From Corallococcus exercitus (GTDB lineage: Bacteria > Myxococcota > Myxococcia > Myxococcales > Myxococcaceae): a stretch of DNA of 64,000 bases. How positions within the stretch are numbered: position 1 is the stretch's first letter; each line of letters begins with the position of its first letter. The notes under the pieces are model-generated. The model had not been told where the DNA came from. It ran no database searches and was given only the letters and a program-made list of their open reading frames with translations. Location: positions 2,783,281 through 2,847,280 of the forward strand of contig NZ_CP102577.1 in assembly GCF_042231735.1 (NCBI RefSeq). The letters are read 5' to 3'. The position numbers and the translations under genes were made by a program. Positions 8,750-18,076 of the stretch are shown here, piece after piece.

Positions 8750-9817
8750 TCAGTTCTTCGCGCGCTCGTACTGGTGTGGCCACAACACGTCCGAGCGCAG
8801 CTCCTTCGCGGCGCGCAGCGGCCAGTACGGATCCCTCAGCAGCTCCCGCGCGATGATGACCAGGTCCGCCTGCCCCGTGGCCAGGATGTGCTCGGCCTGG
8901 AACGCGGAGCGGATCATCCCCACCGCGCCCGTCAGCACGCCCGCCTCCTTGCGCACCTTCTCCGCCAGGTGCGTCTGGTAGCCCGGCCCCACCGGGATCT
9001 TCGCGGACGGCACCACGCCGCCCGACGAGCAGTCGATGAGGTCCACGCCCTCCTTCGCCACCAGCCTGGCCAGCGCCACGGAGTCCTCCGGCGTCCAGCC
9101 TCCGTCCACCCAGTCCGTCGCGGAGATGCGCATGAACAGCGGCAGCGACTCCGGCCACTTCGCCCGCACCGCGCGCGTCACCTCCAGCGCGAAGCGCGTC
9201 CGGTTCTCGAACGTGCCGCCGTACCTGTCCGTCCGCTTGTTCGACAGCGGAGACAGGAACTCGTGCAGCAGGTAGCCGTGCGCCGCGTGCAGCTCGATGA
9301 CCTGGAAGCCCGCCGCCTTCGCCCGCACCGCCGAGTCCGCGAACGCCTTCACGATGCGCTGGATGCCCGCCTCGTCCAGCGCCACCGGCACGGGATAGCC
9401 CTCCTCGAAGGCCTCCGTCGTCGGCCCCAGCACCGTCCAGCCGCCATGCTCCGGCTCCACGCGCTTGCCCGCGTCCCATGGGCGGGGCGTGGAGGCCTTG
9501 CGTCCCGCGTGCGCCAGCTGGACGCCTGACGCGGCCCCGTTCTGGTGCATGAAGCGGTTGATGCGCGCCAACTGCTCCACGTGCGCGTCCTTCCACAGCC
9601 CCAGGTCCTGCGGCGAGATGCGGCCCTCCGGCTCCACCGCCGTCGCCTCCGTCAACACCAGCCCCGCGCCCCCCACCGCGCGGCTGCCCAGGTGCACCAC
9701 GTGCCACTCGTTCGCGAAGCCGTCCTCGCTCGAGTACATGCACATGGGCGAGACCACCACGCGGTTGCGCATGGTGATGTCCCGCAGCTTCAGGGGGGTG
9801 AACAGCTTGCTGCTCAT
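8750..9817 (-). CDS. NADPH dehydrogenase / NADH:flavin oxidoreductase (Old Yellow Enzyme, YqjM/NamA-like)
   Basis: OYE signature regions (MCMYSS, HAAHGYLLHEFLSP, RTDRYGG). Confidence 0.9.
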   Translation of the reverse strand: MSSKLFTPLKLRDITMRNRVVVSPMCMYSSEDGFANEWHVVHLGSRAVGGAGLVLTEATAVEPEGRISPQDLGLWKDAHVEQLARINRFMHQNGAASGVQLAHAGRKASTPRPWDAGKRVEPEHGGWTVLGPTTEAFEEGYPVPVALDEAGIQRIVKAFADSAVRAKAAGFQVIELHAAHGYLLHEFLSPLSNKRTDRYGGTFENRTRFALEVTRAVRAKWPESLPLFMRISATDWVDGGWTPEDSVALARLVAKEGVDLIDCSSGGVVPSAKIPVGPGYQTHLAEKVRKEAGVLTGAVGMIRSAFQAEHILATGQADLVIIARELLRDPYWPLRAAKELRSDVLWPHQYERAKN

Positions 9818-10440
9818 GTCGGATCCTTTCGGGGAATCGAAGGCGTCTCTTCCGGCAGCCCCAGCGCCGCGCGCACCTGGGCCGTGCTCTTGCCCAGCCA
9901 GTGCCGCCGGTGGTTCTCCTGCGTCGACAGGCTGCGCGTCTCCATGCGGTCCACGTAGAGCGTGCCGTCCAGGTGATCCAGCTCGTGCTGGAGGATGCGC
10001 GCGTACCAGCCCCGCGCGGACACCGTCACCGGCTGCCCGTTCTCATCCAGCGCCTCCACGCGCACCCCGCGCGCCCGGGCCACCAGCGCCGCGAAGCCGT
10101 TCACGCTCAGGCAGCCCTCGTGGAACTCCATCGGCGTGGAGTCCTCCACCACCAGCTTCGGGTTGATCAGCACGTGGAAGGCCACCGGCGCCCGCTCCCG
10201 CAGCGCCAGGTCCGCGGGCGAAGCGCCGGCCTGGTACTCCGCCCGGTCCTCGATGACCACCAGCCGCAGGCCCACGCCCACCTGCGGCGCCGCGAGCCCC
10301 ACGCCGGGCGCGTCGCGCATCGTGTCGCGCATCAACTGGATGAGCTGCCGCGTCTGCTCGCTGCCGATTTCTTCCGGGGTCAGCTCGCGTGCGCGCTGAC
10401 GCAGCACCGGTTCCCCCGCCTGGACGATCTTGAGCACCAT
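9814..10440 (-). CDS. def: peptide deformylase
   Basis: The three Def motifs are present (GVGLAAPQVG, EGCLS, HELDHLDG). It overlaps the downstream flavin oxidoreductase gene by 4 nt (ATGA), so the two are one operon. Confidence 0.9.
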   Translation of the reverse strand: MVLKIVQAGEPVLRQRARELTPEEIGSEQTRQLIQLMRDTMRDAPGVGLAAPQVGVGLRLVVIEDRAEYQAGASPADLALRERAPVAFHVLINPKLVVEDSTPMEFHEGCLSVNGFAALVARARGVRVEALDENGQPVTVSARGWYARILQHELDHLDGTLYVDRMETRSLSTQENHRRHWLGKSTAQVRAALGLPEETPSIPRKDPT

Positions 10441-10578
10441 GGTGGCCCCACCGTAGCAACCGCTCTCCCGCCGCGCCGCATCGCCGTGGGGACGGCATGG
10501 GCCCGGCCGCCCGGCTCCCCACGGAGGGGGCAGCCCCTGGCGTGAGGGGGTGCCACTGACGGTAGGCTGCGTCGCACC

Positions 10579-11076
10579 ATGGCTCGCCGCAAGAAGGCCG
10601 ACGAAACCACCGCGCGCGTGCGCAACCTGCTCGCCCTCGACGCCGCCGGCATCATGCGCCGGCTGGCCGCACGCCGGGAGGAGATGTTCCTCCTCTTCTC
10701 CCGCCTGCGCAGCCGCGACCCGCTGGTGGAGACGGTGGCCTCACGCTACGCGGACGGCGCCTTCGCCCAGCTCATCCACCTCTCCGAACAGGAGCAGGCG
10801 GTGGTGGACCACTTCTACGGACGCCTGGACGAGCTGCGCTGGTACTTCACGTACACCGAGGACATGCCCGGCACGGCGCACCAGACCTTCAGCGCGCTGC
10901 ACCGCCGCCTGGAGGAGAGCTACCGCCTGTTCGTGGAGACGCTGGGCCTGCCCGTCCAGCCCGACGGCGTGCGCGTGGTGAACGCGGAGGCCGTCCGCCA
11001 GGAGGACACGGCCGCGGAAGCAACGCCCGTGGCGCTCGCCCCGCTGCCCCGCCGCCGCCGCGCGCCGCCCGCCTGA
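10579..11076 (+). CDS. hypothetical protein
   Basis: 165-aa ORF with good GC3 and no recognisable motif. Confidence 0.45.
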   Translation: MARRKKADETTARVRNLLALDAAGIMRRLAARREEMFLLFSRLRSRDPLVETVASRYADGAFAQLIHLSEQEQAVVDHFYGRLDELRWYFTYTEDMPGTAHQTFSALHRRLEESYRLFVETLGLPVQPDGVRVVNAEAVRQEDTAAEATPVALAPLPRRRRAPPA

Positions 11077-11078
11077 CT

Positions 11079-12230
11079 TCAGGCCGCGGAGGCTTCCGCC
11101 CGCGCGTCCGCGGCGGACATGGCCGGAGCCGCGGCCTTCACCAGCCGCTTCATGGACGCCTTGCCCACGACGACGTCCACCATCTTCCGCGCGCGCGTCC
11201 AGACGCTCTCCTGGACGTAGGGGATGCCGTACTTCTCGCAGAGGGCGCGCACGTGCGGCTGCGCCTCGCGGTACTTCAGCATCGGCAGGTCCGGCCAGAG
11301 GTGGTGCTCGATCTGGTAGTTCAGCCACAGGTGGGCGTAGTCGTTGAGGTCGCCGCCGGTGGCGTAGTTCGCGCTGCCCACCACCTGCTGCACCATGCGC
11401 TCCGCCTTGTTCGCGGGCGCGGAGTCGAAGCGGTACAGGTCCTCGCCGGTGTGATTGGGCCCCACCACGAAGAACGTGTGCAGGTTGGTGACGACGTCCG
11501 CCAGCACGGAGTTGCAGAAGACGCTGAACGCCGCCCACGGCCCCAGCACCAGGAACGCCGCCGGGTACAGCCCGAAGAAGACGGTGGCGTACGGCAGGTA
11601 GCAGCGCGTGAAGAGCTCCCACAGCTCCGCGCGCGTCAGCGCCCCACCCTCGCGCCGCCCCTTGCGGCGCAGCGACCCCAGCGTCTCCGGCGCGTAGTAG
11701 CTCGCGCGCCAGGTGACGGCCAGCAGCGCCAGCTGCACGTAGCGCAGGGCCAGCGGCCGGCTGTTGTCGCGCAGCGAGCCCTCCGCGTTGCGCTCCAGCA
11801 GGTCCGGATCCGCGTCCTCGCCGGTGTGCGAGTGGTGCAGCACGTTGTGCTCGAAGACCCACGCCTCCGGCAGCATCCAGTCCAGCCAGTCCACGAACCG
11901 GCGCTTCCCCTTCGCGAAGCCCTTGCTGGTGCGCGACGCGGGCATGCCCGGCACGCGGTCATAGCCCCGGTGCCCCACGTGGTGCATGAGCAGCCAGCGC
12001 GTGGAGCGGCCCAGGCCCAGCGCCACCGCGGAGAGCGGATTGGGCGCGATCCACGCCGTGGCCAGGCCCAGCGCGGACGCCACCTTCCCCCAGCGCTCCA
12101 GCTTCCGCAGGTGCGCCGCGTCCGGCTCGCCCAGGTTCGCGTCCAGCCGGGCGCGCAGCTCCTTCAGCTCCCGGTAGAAGCCCTCCACGTCCACGGAAGC
12201 CAGGTCGAAGTCGGGGGTGCCGCGGGACAT
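11079..12230 (-). CDS. membrane fatty-acid desaturase (acyl-lipid desaturase family)
   Basis: Three His boxes (HHVGH, HNVLHHSH, EHHLWPDLP) with hydrophobic spans. Start at MSRGTPDF with GAGGAG at -7. Confidence 0.8.
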   Translation of the reverse strand: MSRGTPDFDLASVDVEGFYRELKELRARLDANLGEPDAAHLRKLERWGKVASALGLATAWIAPNPLSAVALGLGRSTRWLLMHHVGHRGYDRVPGMPASRTSKGFAKGKRRFVDWLDWMLPEAWVFEHNVLHHSHTGEDADPDLLERNAEGSLRDNSRPLALRYVQLALLAVTWRASYYAPETLGSLRRKGRREGGALTRAELWELFTRCYLPYATVFFGLYPAAFLVLGPWAAFSVFCNSVLADVVTNLHTFFVVGPNHTGEDLYRFDSAPANKAERMVQQVVGSANYATGGDLNDYAHLWLNYQIEHHLWPDLPMLKYREAQPHVRALCEKYGIPYVQESVWTRARKMVDVVVGKASMKRLVKAAAPAMSAADARAEASAA

Positions 12231-12328
12231 GCGAAGGACTCCTCGGGAGCGGGACGGGGACCCCGGCCGGAACGGGCCGCACCGTAGCCTCCACCCGCCC
12301 CCACGCAAAGCGTCCCGTCCCGCCCCGC

Positions 12329-12805
12329 TCAGCCGCCCGCCGGGCGGCGGGGCAACACCAGCTTCGCGACGAGCACCTGCACCACGTCACCCTGCTGGTT
12401 GCGCGTCTCGCTGCGCACGGTGGCGATGCCCCGGTCCGGCCGCGTGCGCGAGGGCGTCACCTCCAGCACCTCGCTCTCCACGTGAAGGACGTCCCCCGGG
12501 CGTGTGGGCCTGGGCCAGCGGATGTCCCCGCCCGCCCCCACGATGCCGCCCTGGAAGGGCAGCCCGCTCTGGACGTTGAGCTTCATGGTGAGGGCCGCCG
12601 TGTGCCAGCCGCTCGCCGCCAGCCCCTCGAAGAGCGTCTCCTTCGCCGCGGCGTCGTCCAGGTGGAAGGCCTGCGGATCGAACTCGCGCGCGAAGGCGAT
12701 GATCTGCGCCGCGTCCAGCGTGTGCGTGCCGCTGATGAACTTCTGCCCCACCGACAGGTCGTCCAGGAACAGCGCCTGCCGCCCACCCTCTTCCGTCGAA
12801 GCCAT
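12329..12805 (-). CDS. MaoC-like (R)-specific enoyl-CoA hydratase/dehydratase (hot-dog fold)
   Basis: MaoC hot-dog sequence (FAREFDPQAFHLD...GGIVGAG). It sits directly upstream of, and co-oriented with, the desaturase. Confidence 0.75.
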   Translation of the reverse strand: MASTEEGGRQALFLDDLSVGQKFISGTHTLDAAQIIAFAREFDPQAFHLDDAAAKETLFEGLAASGWHTAALTMKLNVQSGLPFQGGIVGAGGDIRWPRPTRPGDVLHVESEVLEVTPSRTRPDRGIATVRSETRNQQGDVVQVLVAKLVLPRRPAGG

Positions 12806-13038
12806 GCCCGCGTCCCTCCAAGATTGATGCATATCCAGATGATGAGGATAATGCATCCGCGCGGAGGGCGCCCCTTCATCGACAGGGGAGCGCCGTTCCC
12901 TCCCTTTCCGCGGGCCCGGTGTCCACTGTTCTCCAGGGCGCACTGAAGGCCCGGGACGACACATGCGGGACGCCGAACGTTGAACATCGCGCGCACGCGC
13001 CGGCGGACACACGTTGAAACAGCCAGGGCCCACGGACC

Positions 13039-14454
13039 GTGCGGTATGAGCAGAGCGTGCCGCTCCCCCGCTTCCGCCATCACCTGTCCGTCCTCGCCGT
13101 GGCCCTGACGGGCCTGGCCGCCCCCGTGGCCCACGCCGACGAGGACCTGCCTGTGTCCGAGCTCCACCGCCCCCAGGTGGCGGAGGTGACGGTGGAGGGC
13201 GCGAACAAGACGACGTCCTCGACGGTGCGCGCGTTCGGGCAGCTGGACGTGGGCGACGAGGTGGACGGCGAGGAGCTGGAGAAGGTGGAGCGGCGGCTGC
13301 TGGCCACGGGGCTGTTCCAGGACGTGCGCGCGAGCACGGAGCCCATGGCCGACGGACGCGTGCGGCTGGTGCTGCGGGTGAAGGACAAGGCGTCGTGGGT
13401 GGTGGCCCCCACGGTGGCGCTGTCCTCCGCGAACACCGGCGGCGGGCTGCTCTACGCGGAGAACAACCTGGGCGGCCGCGCGAAGAAGCTCGCCGTCGCG
13501 GCGCAGGTGAGCACCGGCGAGAGCGGCGTGTACGTGGGCTTCCTGGATCCCATCGTCTTCGGCCTGCCGCAGCTCAAGTTCAGCCTGGAGGGACAGCTCA
13601 AGAGCGACCGCGTGGACGAGTACCGTCCGGACGCCAACCAGGACGACCCGGAGATCCTCCGGCGCACGCGCTTCAACTCGGCGTCCCTCAGCTCCGAGCT
13701 GGGCTTCATCCTCTTCGAGCGCGTGCGCGCGGCGGCGAAGTACCGCGTGTCCAGCATCGACGCGCGGGCGCCGGACCCCGAGAAGCCGGTGACGACGCAG
13801 GCCTTCTCCACCGGCCCTTCCCTGCGCGACACGTCGCTGCGCTTCATGGTGGGACTGGACTCGCGCCAGACGCTGCACGCGGTGACGGAGGGGCTCAACC
13901 TGGAGGGCTCCTACGAGGTGTCCGTCCCGGGCGTGTGGAGCGAGTTCCGCTACCGCAAGTTCGGCATCCTCTACCGCCACGGCCTGCGCTTCTTCAGCGA
14001 GAACAACCTGGTGCTGCGCGGGGAGCTGGCCGTGGGCAAGGACCTGCCCTTCCACCAGGAGCTGGTGATGGGCGGCACCACGCTGCGCGGCTTCCAGTAC
14101 CGGCAGTTCCGCGGCGACACGCGGGTCACCTTCACCGCCGAGTACCACTTCCCTCTCTTCAAGGTGAAGTCGCTGGCCTTCCGGGGCCTGGGCTTCTCCG
14201 ACACGGGCGTCATCGCGTGGCGCGACCTGCCCTCGGACGGGCTGCTGCGCGACGCCAGCGGACGCGTCATCCGCGGCTACCTGCCGCAGACGATGGCGAG
14301 CCAGAACTCCGCGACCCTGGCCCAGGGCGTGGGCGCGGGCCTGCGGCTGTACCTCAACAACGTCGTGCTGCCCCTGCTGGGGGTGGACGTCGCCTACGGG
14401 GTCAACTCCGGCCAGGTGCGCTTCTACCTCGTGGCCGGAGTCACGCCTTCCTGA
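13039..14454 (+). CDS. Omp85/BamA-family outer-membrane beta-barrel protein with one POTRA domain
   Basis: Signal peptide, a POTRA-like segment (VAEVTVEGANKT...LLATGLFQDV...VRLVLRVKDK), and a barrel-start motif (ENNLGGRAKKL). Confidence 0.7.
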   Translation: MRYEQSVPLPRFRHHLSVLAVALTGLAAPVAHADEDLPVSELHRPQVAEVTVEGANKTTSSTVRAFGQLDVGDEVDGEELEKVERRLLATGLFQDVRASTEPMADGRVRLVLRVKDKASWVVAPTVALSSANTGGGLLYAENNLGGRAKKLAVAAQVSTGESGVYVGFLDPIVFGLPQLKFSLEGQLKSDRVDEYRPDANQDDPEILRRTRFNSASLSSELGFILFERVRAAAKYRVSSIDARAPDPEKPVTTQAFSTGPSLRDTSLRFMVGLDSRQTLHAVTEGLNLEGSYEVSVPGVWSEFRYRKFGILYRHGLRFFSENNLVLRGELAVGKDLPFHQELVMGGTTLRGFQYRQFRGDTRVTFTAEYHFPLFKVKSLAFRGLGFSDTGVIAWRDLPSDGLLRDASGRVIRGYLPQTMASQNSATLAQGVGAGLRLYLNNVVLPLLGVDVAYGVNSGQVRFYLVAGVTPS

Positions 14455-14464
14455 GGCGGCCCGC

Positions 14465-15421
14465 TCAGCTGGCGCGGGCGTTGACGCCCACGTCCGCGGC
14501 CGGAGCCGGAAGCACCACGCCGGGCCACGACTCCGGCGGCAGCGTCAGGCTGAACGGCGGCGCCTCGCCGAGCACCGTCCGCCACAGCGCCTTGTCCGCG
14601 CACAGCGCCTGGGCGATGCGGCCGGACGTCGTGCGCACGCGCTCCACGACGGCCTGGTACTCCTCGGGCGTCTGCGCCTCCAGCATCGCGACGACGTTCT
14701 CCCAGACGCGCTGCCGCCAGACGATGAGCATCTGCATGACGGCCCGCTCCACCACGGGGCGGCTGAAGGGCACCTTCAGCAGCAGCTTCGTGGAGGTGCA
14801 GCGATAGCGCTCGGCGAGCAGGTCCAGGCACTCCGGGATGCACGAGCGGAGGATCTCGTTCACGTGGAAGTAGTCGTGCCGGTAGCGCGCCAGGCGGCGC
14901 GCATCCGCCGGCGGGGACTGGTGCGCGATGTTGTCGTAGACGACCATTCCCAGGTCGTGGTTGATGTGGGCGCTCACGCCCAGGAGCGCGTCCTGATACG
15001 GCTGCGTGAGTCCCTGGGCGGGATAGTGCGTCGCGAAGCGCCACGCCGCGGTGGGCAGCGGCAGGTTCTTCAGCGAGTCGCGCACCGCGATGAGCGCCTC
15101 TTCCGCGAAGCGGCCCGTCAGGTGCGACAGCCACTCGGGCTCGAGGAAGCCGCCCGCGTCCGGCCTGCTCAGCAGGTGGACGACCTTCCGGGTGACGATG
15201 GCGTAGATGTCCAGGAAGATGGCGCGTGAGTCATTGCGCGCGTTCAGCCGGCCGAGGATCTTCTCCAGCCCCTCCAGCGCCTCCTCGGCGTTGACGGGGT
15301 TCCAGAGCACGTCATCCAGCTGGATGGGTCCCTGCGCATCCGGCGCCTTCGTCTCGTGGAGGTGGACGGGCTTCGAACGCTGCTTGCGAGGGGACAGGGA
15401 AGAGGCCGGTGAAACAGTCAT
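14465..15421 (-). CDS. hypothetical protein
   Basis: 319-aa ORF starting at MTVSPASS. High GC3. No motif recognised. Confidence 0.5.
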   Translation of the reverse strand: MTVSPASSLSPRKQRSKPVHLHETKAPDAQGPIQLDDVLWNPVNAEEALEGLEKILGRLNARNDSRAIFLDIYAIVTRKVVHLLSRPDAGGFLEPEWLSHLTGRFAEEALIAVRDSLKNLPLPTAAWRFATHYPAQGLTQPYQDALLGVSAHINHDLGMVVYDNIAHQSPPADARRLARYRHDYFHVNEILRSCIPECLDLLAERYRCTSTKLLLKVPFSRPVVERAVMQMLIVWRQRVWENVVAMLEAQTPEEYQAVVERVRTTSGRIAQALCADKALWRTVLGEAPPFSLTLPPESWPGVVLPAPAADVGVNARAS

Positions 15422-15580
15422 GGAATGACGCTCCGCGGGGTGGGGGAACGACTTCGCATGAAAGCTTATATCAACCTGTACTTCCTGTGACACCAGCCCA
15501 CCCCGGAAGCGGCGAACCGTTTCAACAAGCCCCCGCGTGTCGACACTCACGCGAGGGCTTTTGTCACACCGTCGTCAAAC

Positions 15581-16834
15581 TCAGGGCGCGGTGCCTTCGC
15601 TGACGGTGCCGCCCGTCTTGCCCAGGACGTACTTCGCCAGGGACAGGGCGTTGTTCTCGTCGACGAGCGTCTCGTAGGTGGGCATCTGCGTGCCGGGCTT
15701 GAAGGACTCCGGGTTGCGGATCCACTTGGCCACTTCCTCGGGGGCCTTGCCCTTGGCGCCCTGGAGCTTGGCCTCGTAGGCCTTGCCGGGGGCGTGGCAG
15801 GTCGCGCAGCCCAGGGCGCTGAACATCTTCTCCGGGTCGTTGGTGGGCTCCGCCTTGGGGCGGCCACCGGCGGGGGGCGGCACCACCTTGTCGTTGGGCT
15901 TCATGGAGCGCAGGAAGGTGTAGAGGGCCGTGAGCTCCGCGTCGTCCGCGTAGCGGTACTTGGGCATGGGGGCGCGCAGGATGTAGCCCCCGGGCGTCAC
16001 GCCCGTGCGCATGGCCAGGATGAACTCATCCAGCGTCCACTTGCCGATGCCGGCCGTCTCGCTGACGGTGATGTTGGGCGACAGCAGCTTGCCCTCGCCG
16101 CCCAGCGGCGTCAGGTCGAACTCGAAGCCGCCGCTCAGCACGGTGTCCGGGTGCTGCAGCTTCACCGCGCTGCCGTCGAAGCCCGGCGAGTGGCAGAAGA
16201 CGCAGTCGTAGACGCTGCCGGCCAGGTAGCGGCCGTACTCCACGGAGTCCGCCGCCTTCGCGGGCACGGGCACCGGCTCCGTGCGGCCCTTGTCGTTGAT
16301 GCCCATGGCGAACGCGAACACCATGCGGCCCGGGGGCGTCAGCTCGGAGCGCGGCGGCTGCTGCTTCTCCGGCGCGAAGTCCGGGTGCCCGGAGCGCATG
16401 AAGCCGATGACCGCCGCGATGTCCTTGTCACCCATGTTGGGGAACGCGGGCATGGGGCGGAAGTGGTGGCTCTTGTCGATGCCGTTGATCACCATGCGGG
16501 CGATCTCCTGGTCCGTCCAGGCCCCCACGCCCTTCTCCGGGTCGGACGTGATGTTCGCCGAGTAGAACGTGCCCAGGTCGGGCGGGAAGTCGTGCATCCG
16601 AACGCCCACGGGCTTGGTGTTGCCACCGCCCGCGTGACACTCGGCACACACCGCGCGGAAGACCTGCTCACCGCGGGCAATGCCCTCCGGCGAGGTGTCG
16701 CGCGTGATGTTGGGCAGCGCCACGTAGTCATACGACTTGTTGATCTTGTGGGTGGCCACGCCCATGGCGGTACCCGCGCCAATCAAGACCAGGGCGACCA
16801 GCACTCCAATGGCCAGCAGGATCTTCTTCATCAT
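15581..16834 (-). CDS. membrane-anchored triheme cytochrome c. It resembles the cytochrome subunit of membrane-bound flavoprotein or PQQ dehydrogenases.
   Basis: N-terminal TM helix (MMKKILLAIGVLVALVLIGAG) and three CxxCH motifs (CAECH, CVFCH, CATCH) spaced like AdhB/GADH cytochrome subunits. Confidence 0.8.
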   Translation of the reverse strand: MMKKILLAIGVLVALVLIGAGTAMGVATHKINKSYDYVALPNITRDTSPEGIARGEQVFRAVCAECHAGGGNTKPVGVRMHDFPPDLGTFYSANITSDPEKGVGAWTDQEIARMVINGIDKSHHFRPMPAFPNMGDKDIAAVIGFMRSGHPDFAPEKQQPPRSELTPPGRMVFAFAMGINDKGRTEPVPVPAKAADSVEYGRYLAGSVYDCVFCHSPGFDGSAVKLQHPDTVLSGGFEFDLTPLGGEGKLLSPNITVSETAGIGKWTLDEFILAMRTGVTPGGYILRAPMPKYRYADDAELTALYTFLRSMKPNDKVVPPPAGGRPKAEPTNDPEKMFSALGCATCHAPGKAYEAKLQGAKGKAPEEVAKWIRNPESFKPGTQMPTYETLVDENNALSLAKYVLGKTGGTVSEGTAP

Positions 16835-16933
16835 GGGGAATGTTGCTCCGGACGAACGGGGACGAAACACGGACGCTCCGTCCTCCCCACGGGGAGGGGG
16901 AACGGAGCGCAGGCGCTGAGACGGGTGCGGCGG

Positions 16934-18061
16934 CTACTGCCCGGGCACGCAGGTGCTGGGCGGGGGAATGGAGGGCGTCGCCGAGGGGACCGCGGGCGCC
17001 ATCTGCAGGCCCGCGAACGTGACGAGCCCCGGGATCTGCGGGAGCTCCAGCGGCTGCAGCGACCAGGGACGGTTCTCCGCCGCGCTCGTCGTGGCGTCCT
17101 TCGCCGTGTACGTCACGTTGCCCGGAGGCCCCATGAGCGGCGGGTGGACGATGGCCACCAGGCCCAGGCTGCTGTGGGGCGCGGGCGGACCCGGCGCGAT
17201 GAAGAAGCCGCGCGTGGACTGCAGGGCCGCGACCGGCGGCGGCAGCGGCGCGCCGACGGGTGCCCACTCGATGTTGAGCACGCGGCCGGACGAGGCCTCC
17301 ACGGTGGTGTTGGGCGCGGGCACGCGGAACACCGGGAAGCCCGGCTGGTACAGCCAGAAGACCGTGATGCCGCCGAAGCGGCCCGGGTTGAGCAGGTCCG
17401 CCACCGTCACGGACGTGCCCTCGGAGGACAGGTACTTCGCCACCGCCTCCAGGATGCCCTTGTCGCTCACCTGGAGCGCTTCCAGGCCCACGCACGCGCT
17501 GTGCGCCGGCACCACCGGCCGGATGGTCAACGTGGGCAGGTAGTTGCCCTCCGGCACGGGCGGCAGCGGGAACGGCGCCGGCACGTCGTTGGCCAGGGAG
17601 GGCGGAGTGGGCAGCGTGGGCAGCGAGCCCAGGGAGAGGACGAAGAACGGCGGCCCCCGGCGCGTGGGCACCTTGTCCAGGGTCCACAGGCCGGCGGCGC
17701 TGGACAGCGTGGGCGGTGCCGGGTCGGGCGGCCGGCCCGTCGCCGGGTCCGGCACCGTGTCCTGCAGGGTGATGGGCGCGTTGCGCACCACCGCGCGCTG
17801 CAAGAGCGGGCTGAACTCCGCGTACAGCGGCGGCAGCGCGCACCGCGCGGGCGGCGGCGCGCAGTTGGCCAGGTTGATGAAGTAGGCCTCCGGGTCCACC
17901 GTGAAGCCCGTCAGCCGGGAGGTGAGGCCCGCCGGCTCGCGGTTCTCATAGGTGGGGCGCGGCGTGAAGGTGGACGACGCGGGGGAGTTGGAGGATTCCG
18001 TGCAGCCGGCGTTCAGCACGGCCGCGCCGAGCAGCGTTCCGACGAAGAGGGCTTTTTGCAT
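16934..18061 (-). CDS. Pro-rich lipoprotein of unknown function
   Basis: Lipobox LNAGC after the signal peptide. About 375 aa, very Pro-rich. It sits between the two cytochrome genes, with 15 bp to the upstream gene. Confidence 0.6.
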   Translation of the reverse strand: MQKALFVGTLLGAAVLNAGCTESSNSPASSTFTPRPTYENREPAGLTSRLTGFTVDPEAYFINLANCAPPPARCALPPLYAEFSPLLQRAVVRNAPITLQDTVPDPATGRPPDPAPPTLSSAAGLWTLDKVPTRRGPPFFVLSLGSLPTLPTPPSLANDVPAPFPLPPVPEGNYLPTLTIRPVVPAHSACVGLEALQVSDKGILEAVAKYLSSEGTSVTVADLLNPGRFGGITVFWLYQPGFPVFRVPAPNTTVEASSGRVLNIEWAPVGAPLPPPVAALQSTRGFFIAPGPPAPHSSLGLVAIVHPPLMGPPGNVTYTAKDATTSAAENRPWSLQPLELPQIPGLVTFAGLQMAPAVPSATPSIPPPSTCVPGQ

Positions 18062-18076
18062 GGCGGGTCGCATCCC

